A stretch of DNA of 64,000 bases, from positions 63,054,001-63,118,000 of the forward strand of contig NC_043009.1 in NCBI RefSeq assembly GCF_006345805.1. The letters are read 5' to 3'. The stretch comes from Octopus sinensis (lineage: Eukaryota). The notes under the pieces were generated by a model. It worked only from the letters and a program-made list of their open reading frames with translations, did not search any database and had not been told where the DNA came from. Positions 55,373 to 64,000 of the stretch are shown one piece after another (the first letter of the stretch is position 1; each line of letters begins with the position of its first letter). The translations under genes were made by a program, and so were the position numbers.

Positions 55373-56457
55373 CATGCATATATATGTATATATATATATA
55401 TATAATATATATATATATTATATATATATATATTATATATATATATATACTTATATATATTTATATATACATATGAACATGGAGCAAAAACGTAATTGAG
55501 GGCATTAAAACGTTTGGACAGATAGACAACACAAAGGCAGACAAGAAAAACAACAATTAGAAGGACAGGCGTAAAAAGATGGGGCTTTCTTGGTTTTCTT
55601 TCATCAGTCAAGTCCCAGAAGTCACGACCACTTCAGGCAGTTATACTTGAGATGGTTCGATCTTATTGCCCCCAAAAGAGTCTAAGCATAGAGCATTAGA
55701 CCCCTTTGTAAGAAAGCTAGCGAATGTGTACAGCAACAAAGACAAAACTAACAAACAAAAAAAATGGAGAACTTGGTACACAATTACAAATACAAACAAC
55801 AACAAATAACAACAGGCATCTTTCAACTGAGAACAAATCAGATTGAGCTGGCGTGTATGAAATGAAAAACTTAAGGCAGGACCATGGGAGATGGACACAA
55901 GACAGTCGGCAGTCAGGCCAAGAAAGAAAGATCCTGGCTGGCCAGACACCGGTGGTCACGTGGAAGGAAGAGAGATGGGTAAGGTTGTTGAAGTTTTGCG
56001 TTGATTATACACTCCATCAGCGAAGGTACATGGCTTAGTGGTTAGGGTATTCCGTTCATGATTATTAAGTTATGAGTTCAATTCCCAGTGGTGCATTGTA
56101 CTCTTGAGCAAGGCATTGTTTTGCTGGTATTTAATCTATTGATCCCAAAGGGATGACAGACAAAGTCATAATAATAATAATAATAATAACAACATTACTA
56201 TATTACTGAGTATATGTGTGTATATATATGTATGTGTCTATATGTGTGATCATATATATATGTATATATATATTTGTGTGTTTGAGTATGGGAATGTGTG
56301 TTTGTGTGTATATTAATGTGTGTGTATATATATATGCGATATTCTGCACTTGAGAATAAATTATTTTCATGTCCCCCCTCTCTCTCTTTCTCTCTCTGTC
56401 TTTCTCTCTCTCTCTCTATCTTTCTCTCTCTTTCTCTCTCTCTACACACACATATAT

Positions 56458-56700
56458 AGGGGGAGAATTCACAAAAAAACAAAAGACGAAGACATGTGGT
56501 ATAGACCATAAGCAGATGTATTAGTATAATGCTCGAGAAGTGAAAAAGTCCTTAACATTTCGAGCCTAAGCTCTTCCACAGAAAGGAACACAGAAAGAAA
56601 CAAGGAGAGAAAATAAAGAATGTGTAGTGGCTAGCGATCTATCATGGTGAATGCCGGACAGAAGGGTCACACAGGAGAGCTAGGGAGGAGAAGGGGATGT
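56458..56700 (-). repeat. Related repeat with degenerate minimal hammerhead (56550-56586)
   Basis: CCTTT CTGTGGA A GAGC-ttag-GCTC GAAA TG TT AAGG on the minus strand. Confidence 0.5.
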
Positions 56701-57189
56701 TATACCTTGCCAAAGGTCAACCCATAACTCTGCAGAGCATGGTCATCACTCTGTGAGGGATTTTCAAAATACCTGCATACCCGTTCAGCCACCCTGCATC
56801 CATGGTTGTGTAGTAAACTAATGAAAAATTCATTATGACTCAAGCTTTCAATTCAAATAACAGAATTGAATGGCAACGGAGAGTCACAAGAGTCCATACA
56901 ACAGAGAGTCACAAGAATCCAAATAACAGAGTCACAAGAATCCATACAAGTTGTGCGATCGAATGGTGATTGTATATATATATATGTTTGTGTATATATA
57001 TATGTTTGTATGCATGCATGCGTGTGTGTGTTCGTGCATGTGTGTGTGTGCACATGTGTGTGTAATCAAAATTATATAATTATAAGCATGTATATATAGA
57101 TATTTCCTTGTGTGCGTTTAACTATATGAATTTCAGTGTATATGTTAATACTTATTGATAAGTGTCTCACACACACACACACACACACA

Positions 57190-57234
<45 letters not shown>

Positions 57235-57544
57235 ACACACACACACACACACACACACACAAGCATGTAGACACAGATACACATCACATTGGAAGAACAA
57301 AAAAATATTAATGAAGGGTTTTTCTGTGTTGTGCTTGTATTATGCTTTTGTTGTGGAGATGAGAGAACGTTGCCAGAATCTCTTGGCATCTTGCCTCTCC
57401 ACTGACAGAAAATAGAACGTTCAGTTGGACCCAACCTTTTCATGTTTATTCATTCACTAACAACTTTTAAAAGCTCCTTTCAGCTACTTACACCTGTAAT
57501 GATCAACAATGGTTATATTTTTTGTTTGTTTTCTTTTTCTTTAG

Positions 57545-57943
57545 GAAAAGAATCTAATTAAAATGGGAGAACAACCTGACATAACTACAACCCAACTCGG
57601 TATAAAATTCGTCAACAAAGTGAAGAAAAAACGTCCATTGAAAAAACTCGTCAAACCAAAATATGTGAAACGATTGAGTTCATTTGAGTTGGAATATTCC
57701 AAATTAGGAGACAAGCTTCTTCCTGAAAAGAAGTTTATTGACTACATACTCGTTCACCCCGAGACAGAACTGGTTAATGGTAACGAGGATTGTCGGCAGA
57801 AGTTTGAATGCAAACTTTTAGAAGAAGGTTTCCACATTGATAAAGAAGTAATCAATGGCAACGTCTACAAAATCATCCGATGTTCATTCAAAAGGCTGTG
57901 TGTCGAAGCTGAAAGGGTGAGGCTCCAAATGCCCCTGAGTCAG
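57545..57943 (+). CDS. Anoctamin/TMEM16-family gene, coding exon A (N-terminal cytoplasmic/dimerisation region)
   Basis: Polypyrimidine tract + AG at 57543-44; donor CAG|GTAATT; 399 nt, phase 0-0, open throughout, ATG at 57563. IDYILVH...RQKFECKLLEEGFHIDKE...IRCSFKRLCVEAERVRLQMPL resembles the anoctamin pattern IDYVLVY..R..FE..L...GL..E...IHAPW..LC..AE...L.MPL. Paralogue not assignable. Confidence 0.88.
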
Positions 57944-58202
57944 GTAATTTGCAGCATCTTTTAATGTTCTTACCTCAAAGTCTTTGTCTTTTGGGGAATA
58001 TATTAAAGTCTATGATTATCTGCAAGCATCCTGTAATTTGTTTCTTCATTATTTAACCAATTTCTGGGGTTGATGTAATTGACTCTCCCCCTCCCCATAA
58101 ATTCCAGGCCTTGTGCTTGTAGCAGGAAAGATTATTTAACCATTTTAAAGAGGGAGGCTGGCACCAGACTAAATGCTTAACAGCATTTTTTCCAGTTTTA
58201 TT

Positions 58203-58719
58203 TACTGTAAATCCTCGAGTATAGTCTGCCCTTGAGTATAATACACAGGGGATTTTTAGGGGTCTGTACCTCTGAAAAACCTAAACCTTGTGTATAATAC
58301 ACACCCTTTCTCTAACTTGAGTCAAGGAGGTCTATATAACGTCCTTGGTTTGTAAAAATGTATATGGTAACGTCCTTTATTATTATTGTATATATAACAT
58401 AATGAAAACATGTAGCTTTTTTGTGCATTTTTGTTTTCAGAAAATAAAGAAATAACAGTAATAACATTTAATAAATGTTGCTAACTGCAAGTTATGGATG
58501 ATTCTTTTATGACTTCATTGCTTTCAGGTTTAGCTTAAGGTATTTTCACGCCCGACATCACAAAATGCATCTGAATAAAAATTGCCGGACAGCAAATAGA
58601 GACTTGGACATTGCTTAGAAAATAATTTTCAATTTTAACCTCGTATATAGTAAGCACTAGAGATTTTGACCTTTAAATTTTGGGGGAAAAATGCGGATTA
58701 TACTCGAGGATTTATGGTA
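58203..58719. mobile_element. pogo/Tigger-type MITE nested in a SINE
   Basis: TA-CTGTAAATCCTCGAGTATAGTC ... GATTATACTCGAGGATTTATGG-TA inverted ends. Confidence 0.75.
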
Positions 58720-59469
58720 GTTCAAATTCTGCCATGGTTGACTTTGCCTTTCATCCTTTTGGAGTTGATAGAATTAGTACCAGTTGAGGACTAGGGTCGA
58801 TGTAAATGACTAACCTTCCCCTCAAATTTTAGGCCTTGCGCTTGTAATAGAAAGAATTATTTAACCTCCGACCAAAGCCTTGTGAGGGGATTTGGTAGAC
58901 GGAAACTAAAAGAAGCCCGTTGTATATATGTATATGTATATATATATATGTGTGTGTGTGTTTGTGTATCTATGGTTGTCACCCTCAACATCACTTGACA
59001 ACCGATGCTGGTGTGTTTACATTCCCGTAACTTAGTGGTTCAGCAAAAGAGCCTGATAGAATAAGCCCTGGGGTCGATTTGCTTGATTAAAGGCGGTGCT
59101 CCAGCATGGCCATAGTCAAATGACTGAAACAAGTAAAAGAGTATAAAAGAGTATATATATATATATATTATATATATATATATATAGTAATTAATTATCT
59201 TTATTAAGATAAGGATAAATCAGCAGAATTTATTGGCAAAGTTTATTAGAACCATCAGAACATTTGCATGTGGGTTCCATTGGTTGCATGAGACACATCT
59301 AGACAATACTTGACAATAAATTGTGGAAGTTGTACAGATAATTTATGAACAGGCTGTATGTCCTTGTGATATATTCGTAAATACAAAGCCATTTCCCTCC
59401 TATTGCCTCCTTTATGTGGCAACTTTACATTGCTGATAATTTACACGAGGATTTTCATTGTCTTTTAAG

Positions 59470-59545
59470 GGTAAACTGGAAAATTTTGATGATCAAAATT
59501 GCTTAACAACTGCTTTGTACAATTACTTTGCCACTGATGATACAA
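59470..59545 (+). CDS. Anoctamin-family gene, coding exon B
   Basis: ttttcattgtcttttaag|GGTAAA...ACAA|gtgagt; 76 nt, phase 0-1, GKLENFDDQNCLTTALYNYFATDDT. It exactly bridges the phase gap between exons A and C. Not in the ORF track. Confidence 0.8.
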
Positions 59546-59933
59546 GTGAGTTGTCTGACTTTCTTTTTTGATTTTCTAACATAATGAATGAAATCTATCT
59601 GGAATGTTTTGAAATGAAGTTTAACCATTTTGATAACAACCCGTCTGAAACTGCCTCTGGCTCTGTCGTACAAATGTCTTGCTTTCATAAGTTCTGAATT
59701 AAAATCATCCACCAAACCTTTAAAGAATTGGTAACACATTTTATATGTTAAAAACCTTTCTACATTTTTAGTTCAAATCTCACCATGAGCATCTTTAATT
59801 CACATCCTTTTGGACTACCGAAATATGTAATGGTTATGAACTACGGTCCATTTTGATTCAATAACATTTCTCCGTAACAAATCTTGTAGAATTGTGAGAT
59901 GTTCTCCTCTTTGTTTCTTATATTCCACATTAG

Positions 59934-60034
59934 TTGATTATGTGAGTGCACCATTCATCATGGAAAAAATTCATTGGTTTTATTGCTATGAAGATCCATC
60001 CCAATTCTTCCGCCCAGCACTTCGGTCACTTTTG
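59934..60034 (+). CDS. Anoctamin-family gene, coding exon C
   Basis: ccacattag|TTGATTAT...CTTTTG|gtaagt; 101 nt, phase 1-0; (I)DYVSAPFIMEKIHWFYCYEDPSQFFRPALRSLL resembles the anoctamin APF....F......FF....RS motif. Confidence 0.88.
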
Positions 60035-60084
60035 GTAAGTAGAACGAAACCTAATCAGGTTCTATTTTGTTATTGTTTTACAAT

Positions 60085-60487
60085 AGGCATAGGAATAGTT
60101 GTGTGGTAAGTAGCTTGTTTACCAACCACATGGTTCTGGGTTCAGTCCCACTGTGTGGCACCTTGAGCAAGTGTCTTCTACTATAGCCTTGGGCTGACCA
60201 AAGCCTTGTGAGTGGATTTGGAAGACGGAAACTGAAAGAAGCCCGTCATATATATGTATATATATGTATGTGTGTGTATATGTTTGTGTGTCTGTGTTTT
60301 TTCCCCCAACATCGCTTGACAACTGATGCTAGTGTGTTTATGTCACTGTAACTTAGCAGTTCGGCAAAAGTGACTGATAGAATAAGTACTAGGCTTACAA
60401 AGAATAAGTCCTGGGGTCAATTTGCTCAACTAAAGGCGGTGCTCCAGCATGGCCGCAGTCAAATGACTGAAACAAGTAAAAGAGTAA
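60085..60487 (+). mobile_element. SINE family A
   Basis: Full length, 50 bp downstream of exon C. Confidence 0.9.
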
Positions 60488-61019
60488 ACTGAAAACTTTG
60501 TTTTATTTCTAATTAAATTCTGTCATTTTATCAGGATAAATGTCTTGATATGTTTAGTTATCAGATTTTTGTTTCATAAAAGGAAAACCATTATTACACT
60601 CAGGAACCTTTGCTAAGACATTTGGTTTTCTGTCGAGTCAAAAGAAGCCAAATATTATTCAAAGAAAACTGTCTTTGTATTTGTGAGTTTTAAATTTCTC
60701 AGATATTTCCATATTTTGAAGATAAACAACCATCTTACTGTGAAGAATACTGTCAATACATTGGCAATATTTTGATAATTCCAACAAATGTATTTAAATT
60801 TTCTTCTGGTTCCACTGCTATTTCAAGATAACCTTACTGTTGTAAAGTGGGTTCCTCCCACTGGTGTGATGTGTGACTGCCGTTGTACTGTAGTTGCTGT
60901 TTTACGCTAGTAGCCACAATAGTTGCTAGTCATAGGACACCGTTGTATCTCTTCATACCAGAATAATAATACACTATTCTGGTATACACTAACATCTTCT
61001 GTCTTACTATCTGTTAACT

Positions 61020-61195
61020 CCTACACATTTTTTTCATTCTCTCTCCATTTTTTCCCCCTCTCACCTCTTTCTGTCGAAGAGCATCGGCTCAAAACGTCAA
61101 AGACTTTTCCATTCTTTCCAAGCGTCAAACTAATACACCTGCTGCTTGTTGTTCCTTCACCTGTCTTCATCCTTTGTTTTCTGTAAATTTGACTA
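61020..61195 (+). repeat. Short repeat with degenerate minimal hammerhead (61066-61103), probable PLE pseudo-LTR
   Basis: TCTTT CTGTCGA A GAGC-atcg-GCTC AAAA CG TC AAAGA; related copy at 56550-56586 (-). Confidence 0.5.
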
Positions 61196-61359
61196 TATAT
61201 ATATATGTGTGTGTGTGTGTGTATGCATGTATGTATGTATGTATGTATGCATGCATGCATGTATGTATGTATGTATGTATGTATGTATGTATGTATGTAT
61301 GTATGTATGTATGTATGTATGATGTATGTATGTATGTATGTAGTATGTATGTATGTATG

Positions 61360-61391
<32 letters not shown>

Positions 61392-61695
61392 TGTATGTAT
61401 GTATCATCATCATCATCATCATCATCATCATTTAGCATCTGTTATCCATGCTGGCATGGGTTGGGTGGTCTGACCAGGGGTAGCAAGCTGGAAGGCTGCA
61501 CCAGACCTCCAATCTGATTTTGCATGGTTTTCTATGGCTGGATGCCCTTCCTAATGCCAACCACTCCAATATTATAATGGGTGCTTTTCCATGCCACTGG
61601 CACGAGTGCCATTTGTATGACCCCAGTATCTGCCACAACTGTGATTTTACTTGGCTTGATGGCTCTTCTTCTCAAGCACAACAAAATAACAAAGT

Positions 61696-62010
61696 ACATT
61701 ATTTACATTATTTACATTTGACGGATATTTGTCTTCATCTTGTTTGTTGTTAACACATTGTTTCGGCTGATATACCTTCCAGCTTTCTTCAGGTGTCTTG
61801 GGGAAATTTCGAACCGCGGTTCTCATTCCTAAGGTATTTTTCGATGTTATTATTATAATTATTATTATTATTGTTCAGGTCATTGCTTGAAATTGAACTT
61901 GGAATCTTGGGGTTAGTAGCCCTCGCTCTTAACCACTACGCCATATACCCGTGGGCATATTTATGTCAAATGTAAATAATGTACATAATTCCTCATCTCT
62001 TAAATATAGA
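61696..62010 (-). mobile_element. Truncated Penelope-like pseudo-LTR: tRNA-like head + hammerhead motif (61752-61797) + inverted tail duplication
   Basis: Minus strand: TGGCGTAGTGGTTAAGAGC..GTTCAATT then GACAC CTGAAGA A AGCTG..CAGCC GAAA CAAT GTGTT; the tail GTCAAATGTAAATAATGTA is repeated in the opposite orientation at about 61966. Confidence 0.7.
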
Positions 62011-62520
62011 ACAAAATAACAAAGGTCTCAGTCATTGTCTCCATGAGGCCCAACGCTTGAAAGGAGCTTGTGATAGCTTCAGTTATCATCAGGAGAAGAG
62101 CTTTCAATATTTATTTAAATAGCTCCTGTACTTTCTTAATGAGGCAAAACGTCTCTGATGTTTATTTCCCCTCTAATGTATTATGATGCATCTAATAGCT
62201 TTTGGACAATACGTTTATCATAATATAAAGAAGTGATTTTAAATTCTCAAACGCAGGATGATGCTAATAATATAGCCTGAACAGGATAAGGTACCCCTAT
62301 TTTGCAGAAATAAGTGTTGGCGGCTGGCTATGAGACTCGAATTCACACCTCCGTGAATACGTGTCGTGGTGCTCTTAACCATTAAGCTAAACCATTAAGC
62401 TAGTAATGTTTATATGAAAGATGTAGACTTAGAGTTTTATTTTTGTTTTTTTTTTGTTTTTAGGAGTAATGGTTTAGCAATTGCAATGTAATAATTTGTT
62501 ACAATTCTCGTCTTTTATAG

Positions 62521-62602
62521 ACTCATCTTATTTTAATCAGTCTGGATTATAGAGACGAGAAAAGCCATTCAGAACAGGACCATTCAGAGAAAGATTTAAG
62601 AG
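62521..62602 (+). CDS. Anoctamin-family gene, coding exon D (gene continues beyond window)
   Basis: tctcgtcttttatag|ACTCAT...AGAG|gtaaga; 82 nt, phase 0-1, THLILISLDYRDEKSHSEQDHSEKDLR(G); continues the frame towards the expected G-I/L..L motif. Confidence 0.8.
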
Positions 62603-63356
62603 GTAAGATATAGTTTTATATATACAGACACACACACACACAGTGTGTGCAAAAAAAATACATACACACACACACTCGACAGGCTTCTCTCAGTTTCCGT
62701 CTACCAAATCCACTCACAACGCTTTGGTTGACCCAAGGCTTATAGTAGAAGACACTTGTCCAAGGTAGCATGCAGTAGGACCGAACTCCCAACCATGTGT
62801 TTGGTAAGCAAGCTTCTTACCACACAGCCATGTCTGCGCCTTATACATATAATTGGCGCATAGATAATTATCTGTGTGGTGCATATCTGTATTATAAATG
62901 TGCGAGCAACTGTGTGTGTGTCTTTTTGTGTGTATATGTTTATATTTTGTAATTGTTATCGAAGCTCGGGTCAAAACTTTGCAAATTGCCCAAGGGAAAT
63001 AACTCTTGCTTTTGTAAACGAGTTGTTTTCCATGAAATTCCGTGTCAGTGAGGATTTTTCCAACGAAGTTCGATTTAATACTTCATTATCGATCTATCCG
63101 ATTTAATGATGTAAGCCGATAGAGGAAATATTTTTATCGTCATCGTCATCCCTATCATCATCGTCGTCATCGTCATCATCATCATCAACGTACGTTTTCC
63201 AAGACTTCACGGGCTGAGTCAGTTCTTATTTGGATCAACTATTCTCGAGTGTGTTCGCACTTGTGTTGTGTGATCGTCATTGACCTCCTCCTCCTCCTGG
63301 CCCCTCCACCTCCTCCTCCTATTCCCCGTCCTGCTCCTCCCCCTCTCCTCATCGAG

Positions 63357-63670
63357 GGGACTTATTCTTTGTAAGCCTTGTACTTATTCTATCGGACTCT
63401 TTTTGCCGAACCGCTAAGTCACGGAGACGTAAACACACCAGCATTGGTTGTCAAGCAATGGTGGTGTTGGTGGTGGGGAACAAACACAGACACACAGACA
63501 TATATACGACGGGTTTCTTTCAGTTTCTGTCTACCAAATCCACTCACAAGGCTATGGTCAGCCCGAGGCTATAATAGAAGACACTTGCCCAAGGTGTCAC
63601 ACAGTGGGACTGAACCTGGAATCATGTGGTTGGTAAGCAAGCTTCTTACCACACAGCCACTCCTACACCT
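63357..63670 (-). mobile_element. SINE family A
   Basis: Reverse copy lacking the extreme tail. Confidence 0.85.
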
Positions 63671-64000
63671 ATAAAGCACCATCCGATCGTAGCCGTTTGC
63701 CAGCCTCGCCTGGCACCTGTGCCAGTGGCACGTAAAAGCACCCACTACACTCACGGAGTGGTTGGCTTTAGGAAGGGCATCCAGCCATAGAAACATTGCC
63801 AGATCAGACTGGGCCTGGTGCAGCCTTCTGGCTTCCCAGACCCGAGTTGAACCGTCCAACCCATGCTAGCATGGAAAATGGACGTTAAACGATGATGATG
63901 ATGATATATATATATATGTGCGAGCAACTGTGTGTGTGTCTTTTTGTGTGTATATGTGCATATTTTGTAATTGTTATCGAAGCTCGGGTCAAAACTTTGC

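Noticed and set aside
55575-55612. Minus-strand CTGATGA...GAAA in a repeat-like segment (55480-56020)
   Set aside because: No convincing stem II or stem I pairing; it may be a decayed hammerhead but cannot be supported.
57944-57964. ORF-track extension of exon A (VICSIF*), and of exon C into both flanking introns
   Set aside because: Read-through past canonical splice sites; anoctamin similarity continues only in the next exons.
62326-62402. tRNA-like sequence on the minus strand (also SINE heads at 18735, 22445, 35112)
   Set aside because: Acceptor and anticodon stems are broken; these look like tRNA-derived repeat heads or pseudogenes, not functional tRNA genes.

Overview
Eukaryotic, AT-rich, repeat-saturated DNA. 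The SINE families and microsatellite density suggest Octopus or another coleoid cephalopod (inference). The only well-supported host gene is the 5' coding part of an anoctamin/TMEM16-family gene on the + strand. Four phase-compatible GT-AG exons (57545-57943, 59470-59545, 59934-60034, 62521-62602) encode the cytoplasmic N-terminal region, and the gene runs off the right edge. Weaker candidate upstream exons and a possible bidirectional promoter near 200-1170 suggest most of the window is 5' intron. The rest is about four SINE families (dozens of copies), LINE fragments (CR1, RTE), Tc1/mariner/DD37D remnants, piggyBac- and pogo-type MITEs, non-autonomous Helitrons and microsatellites. Nearly all supplied ORFs are microsatellite or SINE artefacts. 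The most notable hidden signal is 11 minimal type-I hammerhead ribozyme motifs in five sequence families, several linked to Penelope-like element remnants. They include a ~450-bp foldback with a canonical hammerhead on each strand, a copy with a swapped G3-C8 core pair, and a family where a tRNA-like Pol III head lies just upstream of the ribozyme. All calls were made by eye, no searches were run, and repeat boundaries are approximate.
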